A DNA stretch of 64,000 nucleotides from contig CAWFFB010000021.1 in assembly GCA_963814975.1 (NCBI GenBank), positions 51,891 to 115,890 on the forward strand, given 5' to 3'. The position numbers and the translations under genes were made by a program. Source of the DNA: an uncultured Acidobacteriota bacterium (lineage in GTDB: Bacteria; Acidobacteriota; Vicinamibacteria; Vicinamibacterales; CAVVIG01). The number at the start of each line of letters is the position of its first letter. Position 1 is the first letter of the stretch. Shown one piece after another: positions 42,019 through 55,251 of the stretch. Below the pieces are notes generated by a model. That model did no database searches. It had not been told where the DNA came from and saw only the letters and a program-made list of their open reading frames with translations.

Positions 42019-42805
42019 TCGGGCACTTTAGCAGAAGTCCTCAGGAAGGACTGCTCTGGCGTGCAGCGGCTTCGGCGGGAGCGGCGGAGACGACGGTGCG
42101 ATGGCGCCATCGAATCGAGACGATGTCCCGGACATTGCGAATGTTGCCCGCCACCAGCTGCAGCCGGCTGTCGCCATCGTCGCGCCAGCGCACCGGCACC
42201 TGCTGCGATCCGGTATCCGAGCTGCCGTGCCAGATAGAGAATCTCGACGTCGAACATGTAGCCGTCGATCTGCTGCAACCGAAACAGGTCGCGCGCCACG
42301 TCGCCGCGGAAGAACTTGAACCCGCACTGCGTGTCGGGGATGTCGTTCAGGCCGACGCACGCGTGCATGAACAGGCCGAAGCCCCGCGAGCCCAACCGCC
42401 GATACAGCGGCTGCGCGCGCTCGATGCGCGAGGCACGCAGGCCGCGCGAGCCGATGACCACGTCGCATCCATCGCTCAAGAGCGGCTCGACCTTGTCGAA
42501 TTCGGCGATCGGCGTCTTGTTGTCCGCGTCGATAAAGCCGATGACGTCGCCCGTGCGCACAGCCGACGCCCTCGCGAATGCCGCGGCCCTTGCCGCGTCG
42601 CTCGGGCTGCCCGATCACGTTGATCTCAGGGCGCTGCGCCGGCGAGCGCGCCTGCCGCTTCGCGCGTGCCGTCGGTGCCGTCAGCCGAGACGATAATCTC
42701 GCACGGCAGGCCCTTGCCATCGAAATAGTCCAGCGCTTCGCCGATGGTCGTCCGGATGCGCGCGGCCTCGTTGTACGCCGGAATGATCAGGCTGACCAGC
42801 TTCAT
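42015..42805 (-). CDS. Polyprenyl-phosphate glycosyltransferase (DPG/DPM-synthase-like GT2; frameshifts)
   Basis: SLIIPAYNE, SADGTDGT, RGKGRGIR, FIDADNKTP, VIGSR, DTQCGFKFF, FDVEIL. Confidence 0.88.
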
Positions 42806-43830
42806 GAAGTGAGCGAACTGCTGTGGGGTCGCCGACGACTCGACATGTAAGGCGGCAACAGTATACTCAGCGCGAACTTGGGCGTCCACGCCACTTTGAG
42901 AATTGGTTTCAGACGAGTGGCTTGCACGCGACTCAGGACGCATCGGATACCAATCGGATAGTTGACCCGTGTGCCCAATCGCTCTTCCAGGGCCGAGAGC
43001 CAGCCGAGCACCGGGCTGATCCTGGTGCGATTGATGCTCTGCTCGACGACGGACCGCTGCACGTCCTCCGGGGAATTCAGGAAACGTCGATTGCGGCGCT
43101 TCACCAGGGCAAACGCCGGATACGCGAAGAACCCGAGGTGTGAGCGATGCACAACTCGCAAGCCGACCTGCTCGAGCCTTGCACCGGCGTCTCTCAGCGT
43201 GTACCGGCGGAAGTGGTGAAGGTACTTGTCGTAGACGTCATACAAATGAGGCCCTGCCGGCACCTCGACGACGGCCACACCACCAGGCTTCAGAACTCGC
43301 ATCACCTGCTGAAGTGCCGTCTGATCATCTTGTATGTGTTCGAGTACGTTCAGCAGCACGATCGCGTCAACGCTGGCGGACGGCAAGGGACATTTGACGA
43401 GATCGAACCTCATCAGCGGGAGCGTGGGCAACCGCTCCGCGAGGCGATGGAGAGGGCCACTGATGTAGTCCGCTCCGATCACGAGACTCTGCGGCCAATC
43501 CGATATGAGCTCCTGCAAGAGAAATCCGCTCGAGCAGCCGACTTCCAGCAACACCGTGCTCTTCGAGGGATCTCGCACGAAACGCTTTAGCGCCTTTCGC
43601 GCCCGGCGGCGAGAGGCGACGTCAATAGGATGGGTGCCTTCACCCGCGGCAACTTCGTGGAAGAGAGTCAGTTCCTCACTCCAGCCGGAATCGCCGGCTT
43701 CGTAGTCGAGGGTGGCTTGCGCCTGACCGTCTACCAAAAAGCCGCGGCCAGTCCAGGAGGGACGCAGTCCATGCAGTGGCGGCCAATCGAACGACAATTC
43801 TTCAGGCCTGCTGTGCTGGACCTTCAACAT
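42802..43830 (-). CDS. Class I SAM-dependent methyltransferase
   Basis: LLEVGCSSG, LLNVLEHIQDD, RVLKPGG, VPA.PHLY..YD....HFRRY. Confidence 0.88.
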   Translation of the reverse strand: MLKVQHSRPEELSFDWPPLHGLRPSWTGRGFLVDGQAQATLDYEAGDSGWSEELTLFHEVAAGEGTHPIDVASRRRARKALKRFVRDPSKSTVLLEVGCSSGFLLQELISDWPQSLVIGADYISGPLHRLAERLPTLPLMRFDLVKCPLPSASVDAIVLLNVLEHIQDDQTALQQVMRVLKPGGVAVVEVPAGPHLYDVYDKYLHHFRRYTLRDAGARLEQVGLRVVHRSHLGFFAYPAFALVKRRNRRFLNSPEDVQRSVVEQSINRTRISPVLGWLSALEERLGTRVNYPIGIRCVLSRVQATRLKPILKVAWTPKFALSILLPPYMSSRRRPHSSSLTS

Positions 43831-43942
43831 ATACTTGTGTCCGGGTCCGGACTTGGCGACACCAGCCGCGCGGCATCCCGGGATCGCGATGATCGTCCAG
43901 GCGCGCCCATCCCTGCGTCAAAGCGACTATGGCGAGATTACT

Positions 43943-44701
43943 ATGAACCTGTCCGCACGCGTGGAACCGCACCCTGACACGCCTCAGTCTCAAAGGTGGC
44001 CGAAGCGCTTCGCGCCCCTCACTTCGGAGCAGGAGGCGATCCGCAACGACTTCGTCAAGTACTGGCTGGAGGTGCTCCCTCGCCGGTACGGCGCCATCGA
44101 GCGGTTCAATCACGAATACCCGGTTCGGACTTGGGCGGCCCTGAAGTTCACCCAGGCGGCCGGACGAACCCGAACGCTCGAAGTAGGCGCAGGCCTTGGG
44201 GCACATATCGGCTACGAGGATCTCAGCCTTCAGGACTACCACGCGCTCGAGATGCGCGAGAGCGTCTTGAACGTCCTCAAGAGCCGTTACCCGAGTGTTC
44301 ATGCTGTCCTCGGCAACATCGAAGAGCGAAGGCCGTTTAGAGACGGATACTTCGATCGCGTCGTCGTTGTGCACGTGCTCGAGCACCTGAGCAATCTTCC
44401 GGCCGCGCTCGACGAGATCCGGCGGCTGCTCTCGCCTACCGGGGTTCTGTCCGTGGTCGCGCCCTGTGAAGGCGGCCTCGCCTACGCTCTAGCCAGACGG
44501 ATTTCGGCCCAGCGGATCTTCGAGAAGACCTATCAAAGCCCGTATCGGTGGTTCATCGAGCGTGAGCACGTTAACACGTACGGCGAAATCCATGGGGAGT
44601 TGACGCGGCGGTTTCGGATCACACACGAACAGCGCTGGCCGCTGCCCGGGTTGCCGATCGCGCTCAACCTCGTCGTGGGCCTGACGCTAGTGCCGAAGTA
44701 G
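43943..44701 (+). CDS. Class I SAM-dependent methyltransferase
   Basis: TLEVGAGLG, FDRVVVVHVLEHL, RRLLSPTG, PCEGG, EHVN. Confidence 0.88.
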   Translation: MNLSARVEPHPDTPQSQRWPKRFAPLTSEQEAIRNDFVKYWLEVLPRRYGAIERFNHEYPVRTWAALKFTQAAGRTRTLEVGAGLGAHIGYEDLSLQDYHALEMRESVLNVLKSRYPSVHAVLGNIEERRPFRDGYFDRVVVVHVLEHLSNLPAALDEIRRLLSPTGVLSVVAPCEGGLAYALARRISAQRIFEKTYQSPYRWFIEREHVNTYGEIHGELTRRFRITHEQRWPLPGLPIALNLVVGLTLVPK

Positions 44702-44908
44702 GGCAAGTTGGTTTGACCGACGTCGAGGCTGCTCTGGAGACCGCTTCAGGTTCGTAGCGTCTGTTTCGACGAAACGCCAACCAGTGGTACTTGTGTGCTC
44801 ACCGACGCTTTTTCCCGAAAGGGATGTCATGGCACGGTCCAATCGCAATCAGGAGACCGTAAACGCCGGCAGCCATGACTGCGGTTGTCAAGAGCGCCAG
44901 GGTATGGA

Positions 44909-47499
44909 TTATCGACAAGGTGAAAGCGCGTTCGATTCGAGGCGAAGGTTGCGTACGCCAAGGACGAGCGGCCGGCGGTCGCCATTCGCCTGTTGAAGCA
45001 ACGTCGGGCGGTCAAGGGCCTCAATCTGCACGAGCGTTTCTCCGACGCCCAGGTTGATGGGAAGGGTCCAGCGGCCGCTGGTGACGACGGCGTCCTGTGA
45101 ATCGCCCGTGGCAGGACTGCGAACCCGCAGCCGTCGCGTCGTCACGGTCGGGCTGAGGGAGGGGCCGGCCACAAGGTCAGCTGTCAGCAAGACTTTCCCG
45201 CTTGTGTCGCTCACAACACGTACCGTCGCCAGTCCGGCCCCGAGCCAGAAAAACGGCTGGCCGTCCAGGTGCTCCAGTCCATTTGGACTGTCGATAGCGT
45301 GGATTCGCGCGAATGAGCGCTCAACTTGAGTCGTGACATCCGTCAGCCCCGCGACCAACGGCCGTTTGTCCGGTCCCTGCGGCGGCAGGTCGGGCTTGTC
45401 GTTTGCTGCCAGCGTGATGTCGTTGACGTCGGGCTGCACGCGCCACGCAAAGCGGTTCTGACCCGGCGCTGAGCGCGACCGTTTCGTGTTGACCGGCCGT
45501 GCTCTCAATCGTGATCGTCCGACCGTCGGTGCGTTTCACGCGCGGGCCGGGGATCATCGTGGCCGATACGCGCACGCATCCTGCCTCCCGTGCGATTAGG
45601 CGCAGCCTCGTAGGACCTCCGCCCATCCAGAAGAAAGGTTTCTCGGCGACCCGTTCGAGCCCGTTCGGAACCCGGACCTCGGTGACGATCGCCCAGTTGC
45701 TCGACCCCGTGTTCCAGAGTCGATAGACCGCGTTTTGCCACACCAGAGTCCACCCTTGCATTTCCTCGCACTGGACCTTGCTGGATGGCGTCAGTGAGAA
45801 TAAACCGCACATCTGCCCAGGGATACACCGCCGCCCCCGCCAGCCGTGCTCGCACGTGGGGCATGGCCAGATAGCCGTCGAAGTCTCCCAAGCGAATGGG
45901 AGAGCCACGCAGGAAATAGACAGCCCACTCGCTGGCCTCCCAATCGTCGACGAAAACGCCGATGGGGGAGCCGGCCGCGAGCGGCGCCGCATCGCGCACA
46001 GAGCGGAATCGCTCGGTTCCAGAAGCGGGCGGGTTGGCAACCTGGCGTATGGCCCGAGCGGTGGCCACAACAGGAACGGATGAGGCAAGCCGCCAACGCC
46101 AGAGCCGAGGCGAAGGTCTTCGCCAGGGAAGATCCTCGCCATTCGCTCGCCCCGCTCACCACGGCAAAGGCCAACGCCCACCAACCCATCACGTATCATC
46201 TTGTACGCACCGTAGCTGTACGCCGCTCTTCGCAATGAAGAAAGGGGCAGCCAACAGCGGCAGGGTAGAGCACACAAAGAAGCCCGACATCGCGTGCACG
46301 CACGAGCCTCGTCAGTCCCCTGGCCAGGACGAGAAACAACGCCGACCGCCGCGAGAGTCTGGAAACCGCGAAATGTGGTGATCTGGTTCTCGCCGCCGAG
46401 CGACCAGAACGCCGACGCTTGATCTGCCGTGACCAGCAGGCCTGGGAAGTAACCCTCGCCAGGGCGCGAACCAGCCTGAAAGCCAGTGCGAGCCTGAGTT
46501 AGCAGGAAACGAACGGCAGTCGATGCGTAGGGGCTGACAAGCGCGGCGAACACCGCAGCTGAACTGGCTACACCAGCCCAAAATCGCAAGGTCGGCGTCT
46601 TCCAAAGCCGCTCCGCGACCATGACGGCAACGAGAGAGCCAACCACGACCGCAAGCTCCGGATAGGTGTAAACCAATCCAGCAAACACCAGGCCGATGAG
46701 CACCCAGAGACTGAGCGTTCGTTCCCGTAGAAGAGTCGTGAGCGTTGCGAGCGCCGGGAAGGCTGCCAACGCGGCCAGGTTGTCGTAATTGTTGGCAAAG
46801 ACGGTGTTCATCATCCAGCCCGAGAGCGTTGCCACAGTCACCAGCGAGCAGCGACCGGCCCAAGGGCCATTCGCGTGACTGGACGAACGCTGCGCAGGCG
46901 GACGCGAACCCGTAGAGCATCAGCGCGAGAAACAGGCCAACGCCTGCTTGCGCATTTCCCGCATCAGACAACACAGAGAGTAGACCGAGTTCCGCAGGCG
47001 CCACATGCCGAGTCTCTGACAGATGGGAGGTGTACTGATACAGAGGTTGGAGACCGCCCTCAGCACCTCGCGCATAGTCCCATAGGTACTGGCCGTAGGC
47101 CACGTACGACCACCCATCCGGGAGGCGACTCCCGGGTAATCTGGCAAGTCCGAACACGAAATAGGGCAGCATGACGAGCACAGGAAGGCCCAGGCTGGGC
47201 GCAATCAGGCTCCCTGTCGCGCCGTCCCACGGGCGCTTCCAGCGGTATCCGTAAAGAGCCAGCGCGCACGTGCCAATCCAGATCGGCCCGGCGAGCAGTC
47301 GAACGGGAACTCTCTCAGTCGTGCCGAGGCCAAGAACGACTGCCCAAACGCCTTCGGCTACCGCCGGCGCCAGCAACCAGATAACGGGCCCTCAATGGGC
47401 GCTCGCAGCAGGCGGAACACCCCGACGCCGGCGAACATCAGCAGGAGCTGCTGCCAGCGAATAGAGTAGGAAATCTGATGGAGCTGGGGCGAGGGGCAT
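44909..47499 (-). CDS. Large polytopic membrane protein with C-terminal beta-rich periplasmic domains (GT-C-like; several frameshifts)
   Basis: TM-rich ORFs 46312..47376 and 45321..46841 (DGWSYVAYGQYLW, YTYPEL), plus repeated NGLE..G.PFFW.G modules near the C-terminus. Confidence 0.6.
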
Positions 47500-47521
47500 A
47501 ATCTACTGTGGATCCGGGAGC

Positions 47522-48935
47522 TTATCTCATGGAGTGGGATGCAAACCACGACACACGCCGGATCCCGTTGTAGGTCCCGAGTGTTTCATGCCTGCCGAGG
47601 CACCGTCGTCGAGGTCCACGCCAGTCACGCGATATGAGAGCGGCCGATAGTCCTGGTTCCCGAACTGATCGTGCGGCACCAGGAATGTGCTGGCCACGAC
47701 ACGCAGCTCGTGCCGCCCTGGACGGAATCTCCGCGACGCTCCACGTCAGAGAGAATTCGGATCTTGAACCGACCGATCGCCGGCCCAGCGAACGTCCATC
47801 GAGAAACGCTTCGAGTTCGAGCGGGCCCCGCAAGACGACCTGGGTCGGTCGTGCCGCACGAGCGACAGCGACCGCCTGCGGCGCCTCGACATCAAGCTCC
47901 ATCACCAGCGTCGGTCCCGCCCACCCGTCGGCGTGAAGTGCGGTGAGGCGGAACCAGGCTTCCGTGTGCGGGCAGGACGGGACGTGCTGCGGACGCTCGC
48001 CGGCCCCGCATCCTGGAAAGCACCGGCATCAACACCGGCAGCACGACCACGTCGGTGGCGACATCTGGCGCGAGCATCGCACCAGCCGCAAGGCGTCCCG
48101 CGCCGCGCAGGCGCTTCCCTTCCCGAGACAAATCGCGGCCGCCACGCATCAGCCGCGCGGCCCTCACTCGGCGATTCAGCCGAAACGCCGCGTACGAGGC
48201 AAGAATCTGCCAGTACTGCCGACCGAGCGGCGAGCCCCAGTAGCGCCGGCTCACGGCGATGGCCTGTTCGAGCCGCTGCTCGTCGGTCACCGAGCTGGTC
48301 TTCGAGCGCGTGTGCAGGCGGTAGTTGGCGAGCACCGGATCGACGCGGTGGAACGAATATCGGTGCGAGAACCGGCAGAACAGATCGTAGTCGAGCATCA
48401 GCCGCTCAGCGTGTCGAAGCGGGCCGCAGGCGTCCCACACCGTCGCGCGTCCAGAAGATCGCAGGCTGAGGCAGGCAGTGTCCCTTCCAGATTTCGAGAA
48501 CGCGCCGGTGGCTCTCGAACGCGCTCGGATGCTCGACGCCGATGAACCTGTCGTCTTCGTCGATGAACCGGCAGCGGCCCATGACGATGTGACGGCCCGA
48601 CCTCGGGATCGATCGCGTCGGCGACCGATCGAAGCGCGCCGGGCTCGAGCGTGTCGTCCGAATTGAGGAAGCCGAGGATCTCTCCCGTCGCCGCGCGAAA
48701 GCCCTTGTTGATGGCGTCGGCCTGCCCGCGATCGGGCTCGCGGATCACTCTTGAGATGCGGAAATCTCGCGAGCACGTCGGCGGTGCCGTCGGTCGACAT
48801 GCCGTCGACGACGATGTGTTCGACGTTCGGGTAGTCCTGCGCGAGCACGCTCTCGATCGTGCGAGCGATGAACTCGCCCTGGTTGAAGGAGCTCGTGACG
48901 ATCGAGATCCGGGGCGGAGGCACCATCGAGCTCAT
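47522..48935 (-). CDS. GT2 glycosyltransferase (WcaE-like) with a C-terminal extension (frameshifts)
   Basis: ISIVTSSFNQG, VVDGMSTDGT, EPDRGQADAINKG, FLNSDD, LDYDLFCRF. Confidence 0.85.
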
Positions 48936-51476
48936 ACCGTCCGCATCTGATTGTGCACGCGGCGGAGCACGGCGATGGTCTCGAGCGTGTGGCGCTGCCA
49001 CGAGAAGGCTGCTGCTCGCCGGATGCCCGCGCGTCGACCATGCTCCGAGCGGAGGTCCGCGTCGGTCAGCACCTGCTGGAGCGCTGCGGCAAGCGCCTCC
49101 GGATCGTTCGGACTGACGAGCAGCGCCGCGTCGCCCGCGATTTCCGGCAGGCTGGTCGTGTCGCTGCACACGACCGGACACCCGCTGGCCATGGCTTCGA
49201 GCACCGGCATGCCGAACCCCTCGAAAAGCGACGGAAACACGAGGCATCGCCGCACCGCGGTAGAGCGCAGGCAGATCGCTGCTGTGGGCAGTAGCCGAGG
49301 AAACGAACCTGTCGCGCTCAGACCCGACCGTCGCGATTTGCGCGTCGATAGCCGGCTGCGCCTCGCGCGCTTCGCCGGTGCAGACGAGCGTCCGGCTGCA
49401 TGCCGTGACGATCGCGCAGCACGCGCAGCGCTTCAATCGCGGCCCGGTGATTCTTGTGGTGCCAGGTGTGCGCGGGGAAAAACAGATACTCGCCGCGCTC
49501 GAGCCCGTACGAGCCGAAGCACGCGCGTCGCGTCCGTCTTCACGAGGCTCGGGCGAGAACCTCGGATCCGCCGCGAGCAGGATCGTCGTCACTTTTTCCG
49601 GGGCGACGCCAAGCTTGTCGATGAGGGTTTGTCGCGTGAACTCCGAGATCGCGCAGATGTGGTCGGCGCGGTGGGCCGATTCCGTGTACAGGCGCTGTCG
49701 CTCCGTCGAGCGCTTCCGGCGAAAAGAATTCGGGCAGATATTCGTGCTGAATGTCAGGGACGACAAGAACGTGGCGGAGCGGGAGGAGCTGCGGATGGAT
49801 GTAGCCCGGGAACGAGTACGCGATCTCGACATCCAGACTCTCGCAGCCACTGCAGATTGTCGCACGTCGGGCGTTCGCCAGTCCGGCAGCCGGAGCGGCT
49901 GCGCAGACGCGACGGGTCAGAAGGCTCCACTCGCGAGCGATCAGCGCAGCAGCCGAATCGAGCGACGACGATACGGAAGTTCGGCCGGCCCCGGAGATCG
50001 AAGTCGCTGCGGGAGCGGGCCGGCACGATCGCCGTGTACGCGTTGTAGCGTGTCGAGTGTCGTCAGGTGCTGGAAGAACGCGCGCGCCAGGTTCTCCAAC
50101 CCTCCGGCCAGCCCCGGAATCATCCAGCGCATGTCGAGCAGCACCCGCATCGGCACGTCGAGGGCCGCTTTCTCGAGCGGCAAGCGTCCTGAGCTCGTTG
50201 ACGTAGCCGGCCGAGAGATCGCTCCGGATCGTGCTGCGATTGCACCACGGACCGGCCGGCACGAGCGAAGCCGATCGCGCGCGTCCGGGCTGGAAAGCGC
50301 CGCTGTCACGGCGTCGGCCAGTTCGCCGGTGCCGTCGGCCACGAGCAGGTTCGACGCCGTGCTCGTACTCGAGGCCCTTCGGCGCCGATGGTCGTCGCGA
50401 CGACGCACTTCTCCATGCTCCAGGCTTCCAGGATTTTCTGGCGGGCGCCGGATCCATATCGCAGCGGTGCGACGACGACCGACGGCCTCGGCGATGTGCG
50501 CGCGGATATCCGGGCACGTCGGCGAAGACCCGGACGCCTGGCAGCCGGCCGAGCGACGTCACACGTTCGACCGGGTTGCGTCCGACGATGTGAAACTCGG
50601 CGGAGGGAATGCGCGCGCGAACGAGTGGCAGCACGTCGGTGGCAAAGTAGACGGCCGCATCGACGTTGGGCGGGTGATTCATGAGCCCGGTGAAGATGAT
50701 CCGGCCCGCGTGCTCCAGCTCGGGTGACTGCGGCGCGAAGTAGCCGGCGTCCACCGGCAGCGGCAGGTGGTAGACGCGCGGCGGCCGATACTGCTCCTGC
50801 ACCCACCGCGCATCCTCGCCCGAAACCGTCACGACCAAATCGAACCGCTGGCAGTACTGCGCGCTCGAAGTCGCGATATCGCCGTGCCTCGCGCCGCAGA
50901 CGCCATCGCTCGACGGCCGAACCGGCGACTTCCGCCCGCCGCTCGTACAGGCGGGCTCGAATGTCGTGCATCACGAGCACCGAGACGAGCGGACGCGGCA
51001 CGGAGTCGATCATCGCCGCCGCGCTGCTCTGCACCACGACCAGCACGTGCCAGGGCCGTTCAGCGAGCGCCTGGATCAGCGCCGGCGCCATGTTGCTGAA
51101 CGCGGCGTCCATGACGCGGGTGTCGGACGGCCGGTTGGACGGGGCACGGGCGGCCTCGACGAGCCGGCGCAACCATCCGTGCGCTGCTCGGACGGGGCCT
51201 GCGCCTCGCCGTGTATGCCGCGGGCAGCCCGATCGAGCCATTGACTGTGCCAGAGATACAGCTGCACGCCGGCATCCGCGAGCGCGCTCGAACGCGATCC
51301 ACATCGTCGCGCGTGTGTGCCATCGAGACGAGGCCCAGCCGTCCGCGACGCGGGCCGCGAGGTTCTTCATGGTGAGGAACTCGACGGCGCCGCCTCCGGG
51401 GAAAATCGGCAGATCCGTGTTCAGCACGAGCACGTTCAGATCGCCCGGTGGGGCTGCGTCGCTTCGCGCTTGGCAT
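48932..51476 (-). CDS. Tandem GT4-GT4 glycosyltransferase (many frameshifts)
   Basis: First domain IFTGLMNHPPNVDA, VAPLRYGSGARQKILEAW; second domain DIQHEYLPEFF, ISEFT, FPSLFEGFGMPVLEAMASG. Confidence 0.8.
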
Positions 51477-51484
51477 CACGCCGG

Positions 51485-52671
51485 CTACGCCGCGCGCGTG
51501 TCGCGACGGCCGGGACGCGACCGCTTGATAGAGATCCAGCAGCGCGGCGGCGCTCTGCTGCCAGGAAAACCGTGCGGCCTGGTGCGGAGCTGCGGCACGC
51601 AAGTCTGCGCGCCGGCTCGGCTCGAGCACGAGTTGTTTCATGGCGTCACAGATAGGCGGCCGGCGACTGGGGCGACGACCAGCAATCCTGCTTCGCCGAC
51701 AACCTCCGGCAGGCTCGTCGATCGCATGGCCATGACCGCGGCGCCGCACGCCATCGCTTCGACAACGGGCAGGCCAAAACCCTCGTACAGCGACGGATAG
51801 ACAAACGCAAAGCAGGCTCGGTAGAGGGCGGCGAGCTCCGCAGTCGTCCACGAATCCCAGGCAGCGCACGCGGTCTTCGAGGCCCAACTGCTGAATGCGC
51901 GGCGCGAGGGACGACTCGATCCATCCGGCCTGTCCGGCGATGCACAACGGCGGGACCTGTCCGGGCAGACTCCGCAACCAGCTGCGCGTAGGCCTCCAGC
52001 AGGAGGCCGTAGTTCTTCCGTGGCTCAATCGTTCCGACCGCCAGCCAGAACCCGTCGAGCGTCAGGTCGAACTTGCGAAGGACGTTCTCGATTTGCTGTC
52101 GCCGTCCAGCGGGGCGGCAATCGACGGCCTGCGCGGCCGGGATAGACCACCGACACACGTGCAGGTTCCACATGCGGGAACCATTTCAGGAACCTGCGTC
52201 CGCGAATGCTCCGAAATCGACACGATGTGGTCGGCATGGAGGCTGGCATCGAACAACCCGTTGAAGCAGGCCAGCCGATTGCGCTCGGTGTGATACTCCG
52301 GGTGCTCGATCTGGCTCATGTCATACAGCGTATAGACAATGCGAACCGGCAGGTTTGTCGGGCAGAAGAAGTTGTTGGCGTGCACGACGTCGGGATCGCC
52401 AAGAAACGCGCGCATGTCGCCATCCGGTCGCGTCCCATGCCCTGGTTGAGCTCGTCCCAGCTCAGGCCGAATTGGTCGCCCACCACGTTCGGCGCGTCCG
52501 GGCGCGTGGCCGCGGGCAAACTCCGGATTTCGATAGTTCCCGAACACAGGGTAGGGGATGAACACATCCGAAGGGCTCTGCCGGCACGAGATGGCGCAGG
52601 AACTGATCGGCGACGATGCCGCAGCCGGTCATCTGCTCCGCGGTCTGGCTGACATCGAACCCGATCCTCAT
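51485..52671 (-). CDS. GT4 glycosyltransferase (frameshifts; 3' end approximate)
   Basis: [43 protein letters not shown]. Confidence 0.85.
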
Positions 52672-53562
52672 GGCCGTGTCGCGTCCCCGGCGAAGTGGCG
52701 CCACGCCTCCAAGGTCGGCGTTCGTCCGGCGGCACGCCGCCGCAATACTGCTCGAACGCCTCTTCCGTGACATCGACCAGCGCTGCCGACGAACCGCCGG
52801 TCCTGCTCCGGTGTGTCACGCGTCAGCCCGCGCTCGCGAACGATGACGTGTGCGAGGTTGTGGATCCATCGCGAAGGAGGCACGCCGAACTTCTCCGTCA
52901 GCATCTCCAGGATTTCGCGATGCACGGCCTCCTTGCTGCCAAGCGTCTTGGTCTCGGCGTGCAGGCGCGATCCCGCCAGCTTCGCTCGAAGGAAGAATGG
53001 CGGGCCGCTCGGCCAGAATCCGCAGCCAGTATTCGTAGTCCATGCAGTAGCGCAAACCGGTCTGCGAGCGGACCGTAGCGATCGACAACGGAGCGGCGGA
53101 AGAATACCGCCGGCTGACAGAGGAAGCAGACGTCTTTCAGCCGCTCATAGCTGAACGGCTCGGTGTAGTACGGCTCGATGACCCGATCGTCCTGGTCGAT
53201 GTGGTCGGCCTCTCCGTACACGACATCAACGTCAGGATGACTCTCGAACACGTCCAGCGCGCGGGCGCACGCTCCCGGGTAGTACACATCGTCGGAATTC
53301 AGCCAGCCGATCACGGCGCCCGTGCCGCGCGCGAGCCCCTTGTTGACGGCATCGGCCTGGCCGGCGTCGGGTTCGATCACCGCGGTCAGCTTTCCGCGCG
53401 TACTCGCGAAGGAAGTCGGCCGTGCCGTCGGTGCTGCCGCCGTCGAACACCAGATACTCCAGTCCAGGCACACCCTGGGACAGGACACTCTCGATCGTGC
53501 GACGGATGAACTGTGCCTGATTGTAACGAGGGCGTAATAACGGTCAACCGGTTCGGAGTCAT
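52668..53562 (-). CDS. GT2 glycosyltransferase (WcaE-like; frameshifts)
   Basis: TVITPS, VFDGGSTDGT, EPDAGQADAVNKG, WLNSDD, LCQPAVFFRR, CMDYEYWLR. Confidence 0.88.
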
Positions 53563-53725
53563 AAGCCAGAGAGACGCAATGCGATGACGTGAATTGTAAT
53601 TCAGGTGCCCCACTCTGGGACCCGGCCACTGCTTCTGCCAGTTCAGGGCGAAAACTGTGTTCCTGAATCCGGTACTGTCCTTGCTCCCGAGATGCGCAAC
53701 GCTAGAGCTGTCTGGAAACTCAATG

Positions 53726-55119
53726 CTAGCAGCCCGTGGTACAAGTCGCCGCCGCTGACGAGTTGACAAGGAGGGTGGTCGGGGTTGTCGCCCAGCCGCG
53801 CGTGATCGTGAGAACGGGAAGCGACGCGCGTATGGGGCCGAATCGGCGGCGAACATCGCTGAGGAGCGCGAGAAGGATGGCGATCACCGCGGCCACTCGG
53901 CCTTGCAGGCCGCGCGGCGTGCCGACGCCGATCAGTTGACGCATGATGAGCCCGAGATTGAACCCACCCGTATGAATCAGGACGCGCTTCAAAATGTTGG
54001 TGTGGCCGCGCAGATGCGTGCGCCGCAGCGCGCCGGTTTCGTACAGGTGCGCATTCGGTCGCTCCAAATATTCGCCCCGTCGGCGCAACAGCTGCTGTCC
54101 GCGCGTGCCGCGAATCCGCCGTCGGTTGCGATAGACGGCGTCGCGCAACGCGGTCTGGCCGTGCCAGCGCCGCCGGCCGCGCTTCGGTTCCGAGATATAG
54201 GTGCGCAGCCCGATGCCTTCCCAATCGCTGACGCGGTCGGTGCTGTGGTAGCCCTTGTCCGCGACGATCTCGCGATCGTCGTCGCCCTCCGGCTGCACGG
54301 CGTCGAGTTCGTCCAGGGCCGTAAGGACCGTGTCGACGCCGCTGTCCGTATCGCCGCGATCGGCGGGTTGGATCGTGACGGCGACCACCGCGCCGCTCGC
54401 CAAGTCGACGGCGTGCTCGGCCTTGTGCGCCAAATGGTGCGGCCGTCTTTCATCTTCGTGATGCGCGCGTCCGGATCATGCGGATGGGTCCAATCGTCGT
54501 TCGAGCCTTTCTTCTTCCGCTTCCGATCCACCCGCGCCAGATCCTCCCGCGTCGGCGTCGCGACACCGGAGGCCTGCGCCAGCTTGGTCAAGAACTCCTG
54601 ATAGGTGGCCCCGTTATCGCGCCGGACAATGCTCCGCAGCGCCGCATTCGCTTCCAAGGTCGTCGCATCGACGCCCAGGGTCTTGCCCTTCAGCAGGCCC
54701 GCCTCGGCGACGCGCTCCAGGATCCACGTGAACACGGCCTGATGGGTCTCCAGATCGATCAGGCGGCGGGTGCGCGAAATCGTCGAGTGATCGGGCGGCG
54801 CCTCGTCCAAACCGAGACTGAGAAACTCCCGCAGGGCCAGCGAATCCGCCGCGCGCCAAGCAATCCCGCGTTCGGAATCGATGCCCTCAAAATACCCAAT
54901 CAGCAACAGCCGGAAATAGACGGCCGGGGCCAAGCCCGGGCGCCCCATCGTGGCCGCATCGAATCCGACACAGCGCCCTTCGACGAACGCGTCAAACTCG
55001 GCCTTCGCGAGCAACGCATTCAGCCGTTGATAGAACGGGTGTGCCGCCGGCGTCGGCAGATCGCTGGTGGCGATCCATATCGCTGTCTGGCGGGTCGCTC
55101 GACGTTTGCCCATGGCCAT
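53726..55119 (-). CDS. DDE transposase (IS1182 family; frameshift near 54435)
   Basis: GRPGLAP..YFRLLLIGYFEGIDSERGIAWR, PDHSTISR, GVDATTLEANA, DPDARI, VADKGY, RR..LERPNAH; the stop codon comes from the target site. Confidence 0.92.
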
Positions 55120-55193
55120 GCGCGGCATTGTAGTACACCGCCCACGTTGACGAAACGGACTCGTCAGCGGTTATCGACTTTCACCACGGGCTG
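53730..55193 (-). mobile_element. IS1182-family insertion sequence
   Basis: Terminal inverted repeats cagcccgtggtacaagtcg (53730) and the reverse complement of cagcccgtggtgaaagtcg (ending 55193) match at 17/19. A TAG duplication flanks them (53727-53729 and 55194-55196). Confidence 0.9.
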
Positions 55194-55251
55194 TAGAGCC
55201 TGCCTGGAAATCAGTGTGCCCGGCCCGTGACCGGCACGTACTCGATCACTC

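Noticed and set aside
54430-54440. Programmed frameshift in the transposase
   Set aside because: No slippery heptamer is present, IS1182 transposases are normally single ORFs, and indels are common throughout this region.
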